DNA of 64,000 nt from Dermatophilaceae bacterium (lineage in GTDB: Bacteria; Actinomycetota; Actinomycetes; Actinomycetales; Dermatophilaceae), in contig JBGAQN010000001.1 of assembly GCA_044220725.1 (NCBI GenBank), positions 6,935 through 70,934 on the forward strand, written 5' to 3'. Both the position numbers and the translations under genes were made by a program. This document shows positions 28,666-37,842 of this stretch, in pieces. Positions within the stretch are counted from its first letter, which is position 1. The number at the start of each line of letters is the position of its first letter. The notes beneath the pieces were generated by a model, which saw only the letters and a program-made list of their open reading frames with translations, was not told the origin of the DNA and ran no database searches.

Positions 28666-29700
28666 TCAGATCACCCTCCCGGTGCGCAGGATCGAGGTGG
28701 CGACTGCGGCGACGAGGACGAGCAGAGCGACAGCGGCGAACAGCGCGGAGATCTCGGCACGCACGGGTGTGCTCGTCATGGCCAGGTCGATCGACCCATA
28801 GACATCGGTCAGGGTTTGCGCGTCCGGCGCGGCGAGATAGCGGCCCCCCGTCGCATCAGCCACCGCCGTGAGCATGGCCTCGTCCAGCCGGGTGGCGGCG
28901 GTGAAGCCGTCGACGGTGACCGTCGTGCCAGCCGGATCCCCGAGCCCGACGGTGTGGATCTTCACCCCGGCGACGGCGGCGAGTTCAGCCAGTGGCATCG
29001 GGTCGAGCCGCGAGGTGTCCTGCCCGTCCGAGAGCAGCACGATCGCCGACGACCCGTAATAGCCGATGTCGAGTTCCTCGATGTTCCCCTTGAGCTGCTC
29101 CTCGGTGATCGCCAGTTTGCCTCCGGCAATTGCCTTGAGGGAGGCGAAGATTCCCTGTCCGAGCGAGGTGCCGCCTTGCGGGGTGAGCCGATCGATCGCC
29201 CTGAGGACGTCGGCTTGGACGACGGTCGGCGCCTGCAGCACGACCCCGTTGTCGCCGAAGGACACCACGCCGATCCGGATGGTCGGCGGCTGCTGGGCCA
29301 CGAACGCCTTGGCCGCCTCGCGCGCCGCTGCCATCCGAGTCGGTCCCACGTCGATGGCCGTCATGCTCGCGGACGTGTCGACGGCCAGGATCACCGTCCC
29401 CTCGCGCCGCAGGTCGGGCACGGTCGCCTGCGGGCGGGCCGCAGCCACCACGAGAAGGGCGAGGGCGAGCGCCAGCGCGGCGGGCACCAGACGAGCTCCC
29501 CAACGGCGCCTGCGGGTGGGAGCGTCGGCCCCCGATCCGGTCGGCGCCGCTGGACCGACCGGGGCAAACCCCAAGGCCGCCAGCTCGTCCCGTCGCGCGC
29601 GGCGCCGGGCTCGCACCATCCCGTATGCCGCGGCGAGACCGGGCACGAGCAGCAGGCCGAGCAGCGCCCACGGAGCCGCGAAGGTCACCGGCCAGGTCAT
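28666..29700 (-). CDS. VWA-domain membrane protein (BatA/BatB-like)
   Basis: ORF 28666..29709: MIDAS ILAVDTSASM. ATG 29700 forms an ATGA overlap with the DUF58 stop. Confidence 0.85.
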   Translation of the reverse strand: MTWPVTFAAPWALLGLLLVPGLAAAYGMVRARRRARRDELAALGFAPVGPAAPTGSGADAPTRRRRWGARLVPAALALALALLVVAAARPQATVPDLRREGTVILAVDTSASMTAIDVGPTRMAAAREAAKAFVAQQPPTIRIGVVSFGDNGVVLQAPTVVQADVLRAIDRLTPQGGTSLGQGIFASLKAIAGGKLAITEEQLKGNIEELDIGYYGSSAIVLLSDGQDTSRLDPMPLAELAAVAGVKIHTVGLGDPAGTTVTVDGFTAATRLDEAMLTAVADATGGRYLAAPDAQTLTDVYGSIDLAMTSTPVRAEISALFAAVALLVLVAAVATSILRTGRVI

Positions 29701-30593
29701 CGACGCCACCTCCCGCGCAAGCGAGCCATTCGCAGCAGCGCCCCGACGAGGTCCTCATCGGTCGACACCGGATGCAGGGCGATCCCGGCATGAGCCACGA
29801 CAGCCTCCAATTGCCGCTGCCGCTGTGCCGCCAGATCCCGCAGACGAGAACGGAATTCGGGGTCGCCCGTGTCAACCAGCACGTGCTGACCTGTCTCCGG
29901 GTCGGTCAGCGAGATGAGGCCGGCGTCGGGCAGGTTGTGCTCGCGAGGATCGACAAGCTGAACGGCCACGACATCGTGCCGACGAGCGAGCAGGCCGAGC
30001 GGACCCTCCCACCCAGGCGTCGTGACGAAATCGGAGACGATGACGACGAGGGAGCGTTGGCGAGCCATGCCACCCGCGGCGCGCAGGAGCGCACCGAGAT
30101 CGGTCGGTTGGCCGGCCGACGGCGGGGCGGCGAGCACATGCCGGGCGATGCGCAGCACCTGGTCTCGACCCTGGCGGGGCGGCACGAGCCGATCGACGCC
30201 GTCGCCGTAGAGAACCGCGCCGACCCGGTTGCCCCCGCGGGCCAGCAGGAGCGCAAGGGTGGTCGCCAACTCGACGAGGACGGTGTGTTTGGGCCGGTCG
30301 GTCGGTCCGAACCCCATCGACGCCGACCGGTCCAGCAGCAGCCAGGCGGTGAGCTCACGGTCCTCGGTGTATTGCCGCACAAACGGGAGATCGGTGCGAG
30401 CCGTGACGTTCCAGTCGATGTGCCGCAGGTCATCGCCCGGCTCGTATTCCCGCAGGTCGCGGAAGTCGACCCCGGTGCCGCGGAAGATGGTCCTGTAGTC
30501 GCCCTGCAACCGCCCGTCCAGCCGCCGCACCACCGTCCACTCCAGGCGGCGCAGCAACCGTTCGGGGGCGCCTACTCCGGTCGTCGGTACCAT
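29697..30593 (-). CDS. DUF58 domain protein
   Basis: ORF 29697..30593: GTGVDFRDLREYEPGDDLRHIDWNVTAR. Confidence 0.85.
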   Translation of the reverse strand: MVPTTGVGAPERLLRRLEWTVVRRLDGRLQGDYRTIFRGTGVDFRDLREYEPGDDLRHIDWNVTARTDLPFVRQYTEDRELTAWLLLDRSASMGFGPTDRPKHTVLVELATTLALLLARGGNRVGAVLYGDGVDRLVPPRQGRDQVLRIARHVLAAPPSAGQPTDLGALLRAAGGMARQRSLVVIVSDFVTTPGWEGPLGLLARRHDVVAVQLVDPREHNLPDAGLISLTDPETGQHVLVDTGDPEFRSRLRDLAAQRQRQLEAVVAHAGIALHPVSTDEDLVGALLRMARLRGRWRR

Positions 30594-31711
30594 GCCGGGT
30601 CCACGTTGGCCGGGATCGGGTCACCGCTCGCTGCGGTATGCCGCCCTGCCGGACTTTCCGGCAACGGCACCGCCGCGAGGATCGGCCCGAGCAGGTCGTC
30701 GGCGCTGACATCGTCGGCCAGCGCCTCATAGCTGAGCACCATCCGATGCCGCAGCACGTCAGGCGCCAGTTCGCGCGCGTCGGTCGGGATGACGTAGTCA
30801 CGGCCGCGCAGATAGGCCAAGGCTCGGGACGCGAGGATGAGGTTGATCGAGGCCCGGGGGCTGGCTCCAAAGGACAGATAGCGACCCAGCTCGGGCAGCC
30901 CCACGCTCGCCGGGTCACGGGTGGCGCCGGCGAGGGCGACGGCATACTGGATCACTCCCGGGTCGACGTAGACGGTGTCGACGGCGGCCTGCAACCCCCG
31001 CAGCCCGGCCGCGTCCAGGACGGCGTCGATCCGCTCAGCCGCGCGAATCATCCGCTCGACGACCACGTATTCCTCTGTGGCGGAGGGATATCCGACGAGA
31101 ACTTTGAGCATGAACCGGTCGACCTGGGCCTCGGGGAGCGGGTAGGTGCCCTCGGACTCGATGGGATTCTGGGTGGCCATGACGAGGAACGGGTCAGGGG
31201 CGCTGAACGTCTCGCGGCCGATGGTGACCTGACGCTCCTGCATGACCTCGAGCAAGGCGCTCTGCACCTTGGCAGGCGCCCGGTTGATCTCGTCGGCAAG
31301 CACGAGGTTGGCGAAGACCGGGCCGAGCGAGACCTGGAAATCGCCGGTCTGCTGGTTGTAGATCCGCGTGCCGATGAGGTCGGCGGGCACGAGGTCCGGG
31401 GTGAACTGGATCCGCTTGAAGTCCACCCCGATCGCTTCGGCCAGGGTCTTGATCGCCATCGTCTTGGCCAGGCCGGGGACGCCCTCGACGAGCAGGTGGC
31501 CGCGGGCCAAGAGGGCGACGAGCATGCGCTCGAGCAACTGGTCTTGGCCGACGATGGTCCGCTTGACCTGATAGAGCATCTGCTCCAGCGGGTGCGATCC
31601 CGGCGCGGGTGGCATGGGTCCTGGGGCGGGCGCGGCCGTGGGCGCTGGCCCGGGCACCTGCAGCGGCGGGTCAGGGATCGGTGCCGGCGAGGCGGCATAC
31701 GGAGTCGACAT
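30572..31711 (-). CDS. MoxR-family AAA+ ATPase
   Basis: ORF 30572..31711: LLVEGVPGLAKT (Walker A), VLADEINRA (Walker B). GAAGGAG lies before the ATG. Confidence 0.9.
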   Translation of the reverse strand: MSTPYAASPAPIPDPPLQVPGPAPTAAPAPGPMPPAPGSHPLEQMLYQVKRTIVGQDQLLERMLVALLARGHLLVEGVPGLAKTMAIKTLAEAIGVDFKRIQFTPDLVPADLIGTRIYNQQTGDFQVSLGPVFANLVLADEINRAPAKVQSALLEVMQERQVTIGRETFSAPDPFLVMATQNPIESEGTYPLPEAQVDRFMLKVLVGYPSATEEYVVVERMIRAAERIDAVLDAAGLRGLQAAVDTVYVDPGVIQYAVALAGATRDPASVGLPELGRYLSFGASPRASINLILASRALAYLRGRDYVIPTDARELAPDVLRHRMVLSYEALADDVSADDLLGPILAAVPLPESPAGRHTAASGDPIPANVDPAWYRRPE

Positions 31712-31720
31712 GTGGCTCCT

Positions 31721-32593
31721 TCAGATGGACGGGCCGCCGGCAGCGCCGCCGGCTGTGGCGATGGGCACGGCGAAGCCGATGCCGACGAAGAACGGCTGCT
31801 TGGACGGGTTGGCGAGCGCCGTGACGATGCCGACGACTTGTCCACCGGAATTCACCAGCGGCCCACCGGAATTGCCTGGGTTGACCGCCGCGTCGAACTG
31901 GATGAGGTCGGCGAGTTTGAGCCCCTCGGCCTCGATGGTCCGGCCGGTCGCGGACACCACACCCGCCGAGAAGGACGCGGTGAGACCGAGCGGGTGGCCC
32001 ACGGCATACACGGGGTCGCCGACGCGCACCCCGCCGCCCAGGACCGCGGGGACGACCACTTCGGGGAGCGTGTCGGCGGCCAGGACGGCGATGTCGTTCT
32101 CCGGTTGGGCCGTGTCGATGCGGGCGGCCGAGCGGGTTCCGTCGGCGAAGGTAACCGTGATCGTGCCGCCGCCGGCGACGACGTGGTGAGCCGTGAGGAT
32201 CGCGCCTTCCTGGCTGACGATGACCCCGGTGCCCAGCCCCTGCGCCTTCGGGTCGCCGCCGGAGCCGGCTGTCTCGATGACCACCAGGCTGGGGATGATC
32301 CCCCGGTATGCCGTGCTGGCCTCCGACGGCGCGCGCGCCGCATCTTCACGTGCCTTGGTGACTACCTTGCCGGCGGCCTTCTCGATCTCGGCGGCGGTGG
32401 GGGGCGGGGTGGCCCGCAGGTCGCGGACGAGCAGGGTGACGGTGAGTCCCGCGACCGCGGCGAGAACGAGCGTCAGCGCCCACCAGCGGCGACTCCACGA
32501 CAGGGCGCGCTCGGCGACTAACCGGCCAGGCGAGAGCGGCGCTGGTTCCGGAGCGGGCGGCGGGGGCGCCGGTCGGGGTGGCAACGGGGCCAT
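31721..32593 (-). CDS. membrane-anchored S1C (trypsin/HtrA-like) serine protease, no PDZ
   Basis: ORF 31721..32593: TM WWALTLVLAAVAGLTVTLLV; LTAHHVV, NDIAVL, GNSGGPL triad contexts. Confidence 0.8.
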   Translation of the reverse strand: MAPLPPRPAPPPPAPEPAPLSPGRLVAERALSWSRRWWALTLVLAAVAGLTVTLLVRDLRATPPPTAAEIEKAAGKVVTKAREDAARAPSEASTAYRGIIPSLVVIETAGSGGDPKAQGLGTGVIVSQEGAILTAHHVVAGGGTITVTFADGTRSAARIDTAQPENDIAVLAADTLPEVVVPAVLGGGVRVGDPVYAVGHPLGLTASFSAGVVSATGRTIEAEGLKLADLIQFDAAVNPGNSGGPLVNSGGQVVGIVTALANPSKQPFFVGIGFAVPIATAGGAAGGPSI

Positions 32594-32666
32594 GCCTGAG
32601 GGTATGCCGCCGGGCCGCCCCTGTCGCCAGGTCGTTGCAGATTCACTGACTTTTCACAGGTAGGCG

Positions 32667-33638
32667 TCACTCGTCGGGTTCGGGCGGCGTGCCGGCTCCG
32701 GCCCGCTCGTCCCGGTCGGCCCACTCCAGCAAGGTGTCAAGCCGGTATGCCGTGTCGTCGATACCCGCGTGCAGGTCACCGAGGGCGGCATACCTCGCGG
32801 GAACCGTTGCCAGAGTGAGGGATCGGGGTTCGACGTCGGCAATCTCGTCCCACCGGATGGGCGTCGAGACGGTGCCGTCGGGGACGCCACGGACCGAGTA
32901 TGCCGCCGCGATGGTGTGGTCTCGCGCGTTCTGGTTGTAGTCGATGAAGACATGTCGCGGGTCGCGGTCCTTGCGCCACCAGGTGGTCGTTGCGTCACCG
33001 GGCAACCGCCGCTCCACCTCCCGAGCGAAGGCCAGCGCCGCCCGGCGCACGTCGGCGAACTCCCACTCCGGCACAATCCGGACGTAGACGTGCAGCCCGT
33101 TGCCGCCCGAGGTCTTGGGGTAGCCGACGATCCCGAGCTCGTCGAGCACCTCGCGAACGACCCCCGCGACGACCCGAACCCGATCGAAGCCCGCCTCGGG
33201 CATCGGGTCGAGGTCGATCCGCCACTCGTCGGGGCGGTCGACGTCGGCCCGCCGGACGTTCCAGGGATGGAACTCCACGGTCGACATCTGGACCGCCCAG
33301 ATCACCGAGGCCAGCTCGGTGACGCACAGTTCGTCTGCGGTGCGGTTCCACCTCGGGAAGTGCAGCCGCACCGTCTGTAGCCATGGCGGGGCTCCGTGCG
33401 GGATCCGCTTCTGGTGGACTTTCTCGCCGGCCAGGCCCTCGGGGAACCGGTGCAGCATGCACGGCCGCTCCCGCAGCGCGCGGACGATGCCGTCGCCGAC
33501 GGCGAGGTAGTAGGTCGCCAGATCGAGCTTGGTCCACCCGTGCGCCGGGAAATAGACCCGGTCCGGGTTGCTCACCCGGACCGTCCGCTCGCCCACCGCG
33601 AGGTCGATCGCCGGAGTGCTCGCCTTCGCGCCCATCAC
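32667..33638 (-). CDS. LigD-type NHEJ polymerase/primase domain protein (stand-alone PolDom)
   Basis: ORF 32667..33638: VSNPDRVYFP...VEFHPW...KTSGGNGLHVYV...IDYNQNARDHTIAAAYSVR. Confidence 0.85.
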   Translation of the reverse strand: MMGAKASTPAIDLAVGERTVRVSNPDRVYFPAHGWTKLDLATYYLAVGDGIVRALRERPCMLHRFPEGLAGEKVHQKRIPHGAPPWLQTVRLHFPRWNRTADELCVTELASVIWAVQMSTVEFHPWNVRRADVDRPDEWRIDLDPMPEAGFDRVRVVAGVVREVLDELGIVGYPKTSGGNGLHVYVRIVPEWEFADVRRAALAFAREVERRLPGDATTTWWRKDRDPRHVFIDYNQNARDHTIAAAYSVRGVPDGTVSTPIRWDEIADVEPRSLTLATVPARYAALGDLHAGIDDTAYRLDTLLEWADRDERAGAGTPPEPDE

Positions 33639-33699
33639 CGCACGCTATCCGGTATGCCGCTCGCCCGCGTGCCACCAAGCGACCGCCAGTGCGCACTAG

Positions 33700-33751
33700 C
33701 CCCGAAAACACAAACACGAGCGGCCGCCAGCAGGGGGTCCGGCAGCCGCTC
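33700..33751 (-). terminator. intrinsic terminator
   Basis: Minus strand: GAGCGGCTGCC-loop-GGCGGCCGCTC followed by GTGTTTGTGTTTTCGG. It lies 43 nt after the stop at 33794. Confidence 0.55.
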
Positions 33752-33793
33752 GTGGGTCTGTGGGTGTTACGTGAAGACTGTACTACACGCAGT

Positions 33794-34018
33794 TCACTGA
33801 AGTGAAGTGACCTCGTCGGTAATCGCCGACACTGCGTCGTTGCCGATCATTCCGCCCGCCATGGCGACCGCCTGGGCGGCCGGCATACCCGCTGCCATGC
33901 CGATCATCGGGTTGCTGGTGATCCCCGGCGCGTGCTTCTCCATGATGGCCACGACGTCGGGGTCCTCCAGAAGAGTGCCGAGCGTCGTCGTGGTGATGTC
34001 ATACCTAGCCATCGTCAT
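33794..34018 (-). CDS. small hypothetical protein (74 aa)
   Basis: C-terminal 74 aa of ORF 33794..34771: MTMARYDITTTTLGTLLEDPDVVAIMEKHAPGITSNPMIGMAAGMPAAQAV... GGAAGG lies 2 nt before the ATG. Confidence 0.5.
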   Translation of the reverse strand: MTMARYDITTTTLGTLLEDPDVVAIMEKHAPGITSNPMIGMAAGMPAAQAVAMAGGMIGNDAVSAITDEVTSLQ

Positions 34019-34251
34019 GCCTTCCGCGGGTGGGTGGCCGAGCGGGTTACTCGTGGGTAAATCCTCTCTCACGGTTGTACGCCATGCAAACTCACCGAAG
34101 GATGCCTGGGGCCTGCCCCATCGCGTCGGACTGCGAGGGCAGCCAAGATCACGAGGACCGCAGCCACTGCGGCAGCGACGGCGACAGCGCCCGAGCGCGG
34201 AGCGCCGAGGAGCGGGTCGAGCAGTCCTCGGCCTGGCTGTGGATCCAGGCG

Positions 34252-36342
34252 CTATCCCTGGAGTTGGACCGTCTGCCATGCGGCCGGTCTCACCTGGTTG
34301 GCCCCGGTCCGGCTGCGGTTGCTGGAATACATCGCCGCGAACTCCTTCGCCGTGGCGCCGGCGTCGCTGACGTTGAGGTTGATCCCGAAGACCTGGCCCG
34401 AACTCACGCCGCTGGGGGCCAGGCCGGTGACCGCCCAGGGCAGCCGCGCCTCGACCCGGTATCCGCCCGGGATCAGGGTGACGACGGCGTCCGTCTCGCC
34501 GTGGGCGCGGCCGGCTTCGATGGTGTTCTTCGTAACGTTTGCCCGGTTGATAACGATCTTCACCCGCGCAGGAGTGCTCGGTGGGAGCCCGACGATGTAG
34601 TGCGCGTCGGTCCCACGCAAGCCCGCATCGGCAGGTATGCCGCGCGGGTCCGCACCCAGCTCGAAGCTCGCGGAATCGCCACGCCACTGCTGATCTGGGG
34701 CGGCCTGGTCTGCGGGGACCAACACGGGGTCCGCGACGTCGGCGAGGACAAAGAGCGCCTGGGAGTCCCACATGACGCTCCAGGTCGCCTTGATCTTGGT
34801 CGACTTCCCGGCCACGAGCACGTCCGAGACATAGGGGACCGCCGCAGCCCAGTCGTTGCCCTGTCCATCGATGACCGGGGTCCCGCGCTGGGCGACGAAG
34901 GTGGTGCGCGCCGCAGGCTGGGAGGCCCCCGGGTCAGGCAAGGGCTGCGGGTCGCCCGGTCGGAGGAGCACGATGCCGAGAACACCGAGCATGACGATCA
35001 CGGCTGCTGCGATGGCAGGGACGAGCGCCGGATGCCGCCGAGCGACCCGAGCCGGGGTCGGCGTCGGAACCTGCGTCGGAACCGGGGTGGGAACCGGGGT
35101 GGGAACCGGCGTCGGGGAGGGTGGCGGCTGTGACGGCTGTGGCGAAAGCGGAGCCGGGGTCGGAGCCGGGGTAGGAGCTGAGGTCGGGGTTTGAACCGAA
35201 GTCCCGTCCGACAGCGGCCCCGTCGCAGCCGAGCCGGCGACCTCGAAAATTCGGCCGTCCCGGGCCCGCAAATAGAGGACGGGCGTCCCCCACTCGACAT
35301 CGTTGTCCGATGCGAAGACCCCCATCCGGGCCTTGGCCAGGGCTGCGTCGATGGGCAGCCCCTCGGCCAGCGCGGCATAGAACTCGGCCGACAGACTCGT
35401 CGCCGCGTCGTCGGTGATCTCGAACTGCATGGCCACTACGGCCGGCATACCTTGACGGACCAAGCACTGTGCGACCCCGGAGAAGGGGTCGGTCGGCGAC
35501 TGGCGGGCGCCTTCGCACGCGTTGAGCACCGCAAGGCGGAGGGTCCGCACATCATGAAGCAGGGTGCCCAAGTCCTGGCCCGCGACCAAGTGCGCCTGTT
35601 GGGCAGCGTCCTCGAAGGCCAGCACTCCGTCACCGGCCGCCGGATCGAAACCTCCGTGGCCGATGAAGTGCAGCACGTGGTAATCGTGATCGTTGAGGGC
35701 TTGGCGCAGCCGTGCCAGGGTCGCGTGCGGGAGCGGGTCGACGATGACGATGCCCCGGTCGACCAGGTCGCGCAACGAGCCGGTGACTTTGGCGACCTCG
35801 GCATCAGTGTCCAACTGCGCGAGGGTAGTTGGGCTGCTGACCGCCAAGAGGATTCGCAGCGGCGGGCTCACCGTGAGCGGCGGCACCTCCCGGGGCAGAT
35901 CGAGGTAGCGAATGACCGGGGTCGACTCGGACAGAACGAGAAAGCGACCCAGCCCTGCGGCATACAGGTATTCCCAGGGGACGTCGGCGAGCGCGGGCAC
36001 GTCGGTGAGGCGGAGTTTGACTCTCAGCCCCTTGCCGTGCTCTTCGGCTTCGTCGAGGCTACGCCGGAAGCAGGTTCCCACCTCGCCGCCGAAGACGGCG
36101 TCATAGAGGCGTCCGCCGAAGGTCCGGGCCAGCTCTTGTTGCGGGGAGCCCAGGGCCCGAACCCCCGATCGAGTTCGGCCGAGCTTGAGGATGACGTTCT
36201 CCAAGTCGGCGCCCACGAACGGCATACGGAAGTCTGTGGTCGCCTCGCCTTTGGGGGAGGCAAGCACGCGCGCGGTGTAGCCCCCGCCGCCGGCGTCGGT
36301 GAGCTCCAGGTCGAAGTCGAGGTATTCGCGCACGCGGGACAT
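34252..36342 (-). CDS. CHAT (caspase-like) domain protein with TM helix and C-terminal CBM9-like domain
   Basis: Within ORF 34252..36396; ATG 36342 is preceded by GGAGG. Has the CHAT His/Cys contexts VLHFIGHGG and LAVLNACEG, a Pro-rich linker, the TM ALVPAIAAAVIVMLGVLGIVLL, then VIDGQGNDWAAAVPY...ATWSVMWDSQALFVLADVAD...WRGDSASFELG...GYRVEARLPW...FGINLNVSD. Confidence 0.8.
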   Translation of the reverse strand: MSRVREYLDFDLELTDAGGGGYTARVLASPKGEATTDFRMPFVGADLENVILKLGRTRSGVRALGSPQQELARTFGGRLYDAVFGGEVGTCFRRSLDEAEEHGKGLRVKLRLTDVPALADVPWEYLYAAGLGRFLVLSESTPVIRYLDLPREVPPLTVSPPLRILLAVSSPTTLAQLDTDAEVAKVTGSLRDLVDRGIVIVDPLPHATLARLRQALNDHDYHVLHFIGHGGFDPAAGDGVLAFEDAAQQAHLVAGQDLGTLLHDVRTLRLAVLNACEGARQSPTDPFSGVAQCLVRQGMPAVVAMQFEITDDAATSLSAEFYAALAEGLPIDAALAKARMGVFASDNDVEWGTPVLYLRARDGRIFEVAGSAATGPLSDGTSVQTPTSAPTPAPTPAPLSPQPSQPPPSPTPVPTPVPTPVPTQVPTPTPARVARRHPALVPAIAAAVIVMLGVLGIVLLRPGDPQPLPDPGASQPAARTTFVAQRGTPVIDGQGNDWAAAVPYVSDVLVAGKSTKIKATWSVMWDSQALFVLADVADPVLVPADQAAPDQQWRGDSASFELGADPRGIPADAGLRGTDAHYIVGLPPSTPARVKIVINRANVTKNTIEAGRAHGETDAVVTLIPGGYRVEARLPWAVTGLAPSGVSSGQVFGINLNVSDAGATAKEFAAMYSSNRSRTGANQVRPAAWQTVQLQG

Positions 36343-36502
36343 CAGCGCAGCCTCCGGACGACGCGGTGTATGCCGTGCCGGCGGGCACGCGGCCACGAGA
36401 TCGGTGCGAGCATGGGAGAGACGCTCCTTGCGAGGGACACCTCACAGGAGGTGCCCGGCATACCGAGAGATACCTGCCGAGGGTATCGCTGCGGGAGGCG
36501 CG

Positions 36503-37831
36503 TCAGGCGAACTTTGCGGCAGCCTTTGCGGCGCGCTTGGCCCGGCGAGCCGCCACCGCGTCCTTGACTGCGCTGCCGATGATCTGGGCCCGCGACCGGT
36601 CGGGTTCCTTGTCCGGCAGCGAGAAGTAGAAGACCTTTGCCCAGGCCGAGGCGAGCTGGCGGGGATACGAGCCGGTCACGTAGTGCAGGCCGTAGCGTTC
36701 GCAGATCTGACGAACCTTCGGTGCCACCTCGGCATACCGGTTGCTCGGCAGGTCCGGGAAGAGGTGGTGTTCGATTTGGTGGCTGAGGTTGCCAGACATG
36801 AAGTGGACGAGCCAACCGCCGGAGATGTTGGCCGAGCCGAGCATCTGCCGCACGTACCACTCCCCACGGGTCTCGCCCTCGATCGAGTCGTAGGCAAAGG
36901 TGTCGACTCCGAAGGGGAAGTGCCCGCAGAGGATGACGCCGTTGGACCACAGGTTGCGGATGATGGTCGCGACGAAGTTGGCGCCCATCGTCGGCAGGAA
37001 CGACGGCCCGGACAGCAGCGGGTGGATCAGATAGTCCTTGAGAACCTGGCGCCGCATCTTGGTGAGCAACAGGTCGACCCGAGCTTTGGCTTCGTCCTTG
37101 GGCAACTTGCCGGTGAGAACGTCGTGCAGCTTGAGGTCGTAGCTGGCGATCCCCCACTCGAAGAACAGCGCGTTGATGAAGCTGTACAACGGCTGCCCGA
37201 GGTTGGCCAACGTCCATGGCTGGTCGGCATCGACCCGCATGATGCCGTAGCCGAGGTCGTTGTCACGCCCGAGGACGTTCGTGTAGGTGTGGTGAGTCTC
37301 GTTGTGCGACTCCTTCCACTGCGCCTCTGGGGAGACGTGGTCCCAGGTCCAGGTCGTCGAGTGGATCTTCGGGTCACGCATCCAGTCCCATTGGCCGTGC
37401 AGGATGTTGTGACCGAGCTCCATGTTGTCGATGATCTTCGCGACCGACAGCCCGGCGGTGCCGACGAACCACGCGGGCGGGAAGAGCGAGAAGAGCAGGA
37501 CCGCGCGGCTCGCTACCTCGAGGTAGCGGTTGAACGCGATGACCTTGCGGATGTATGCCGCGTCGTCGGCTCCCCGGGAATCCATGACCTCTTGGCGCAA
37601 GGCGTCCAACTCGCGGCCCAGGGCCTCGATGTCGGCGGCGCTCAGGTGAGCGGTCGGGTCCGGGCGCCCCGACGGCTTGGGATGCAGCACTCGCTCCTTG
37701 CCGTCGGCCAGCCGCAGATGCGGATTGACCCGCGCATCGACCGGTGGGGCTGGGGGCGCGAAGGCGGCCCCCAGCGGGTGAGTGGCTGCCGGTTCGGTCG
37801 CAACGGGGTGCGGCTCGGCGACGAGGGTCAT
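36503..37831 (-). CDS. desA3: membrane acyl-CoA (stearoyl) desaturase, DesA3-like
   Basis: C-terminal 442 aa of ORF 36503..38191. His boxes HNILHG, HNETHH, HQIEHH. GAGGAG lies before ATG 37831. Confidence 0.85.
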   Translation of the reverse strand: MTLVAEPHPVATEPAATHPLGAAFAPPAPPVDARVNPHLRLADGKERVLHPKPSGRPDPTAHLSAADIEALGRELDALRQEVMDSRGADDAAYIRKVIAFNRYLEVASRAVLLFSLFPPAWFVGTAGLSVAKIIDNMELGHNILHGQWDWMRDPKIHSTTWTWDHVSPEAQWKESHNETHHTYTNVLGRDNDLGYGIMRVDADQPWTLANLGQPLYSFINALFFEWGIASYDLKLHDVLTGKLPKDEAKARVDLLLTKMRRQVLKDYLIHPLLSGPSFLPTMGANFVATIIRNLWSNGVILCGHFPFGVDTFAYDSIEGETRGEWYVRQMLGSANISGGWLVHFMSGNLSHQIEHHLFPDLPSNRYAEVAPKVRQICERYGLHYVTGSYPRQLASAWAKVFYFSLPDKEPDRSRAQIIGSAVKDAVAARRAKRAAKAAAKFA

Positions 37832-37842
37832 ACCCTGGCTCC

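Noticed and set aside
33794-34771. 325-aa minus-strand ORF.
   Set aside because: It overlaps the 3' end of the CHAT gene in another frame and is Arg/Pro-rich. Only the last 74 aa, which have their own RBS, look coding.
27493-36342. The whole minus-strand block (CHAT, small ORF, LigD-Pol, protease, MoxR, DUF58, VWA, VWA) considered as a single MoxR-VWA-type conflict/defence system.
   Set aside because: An intrinsic terminator (33700-33751) and 70-230-nt gaps separate the units. The MoxR set is the classical Bat-like composition, and I recognised no VMAP or effector-associated adaptor domains. The parts are reported separately instead.
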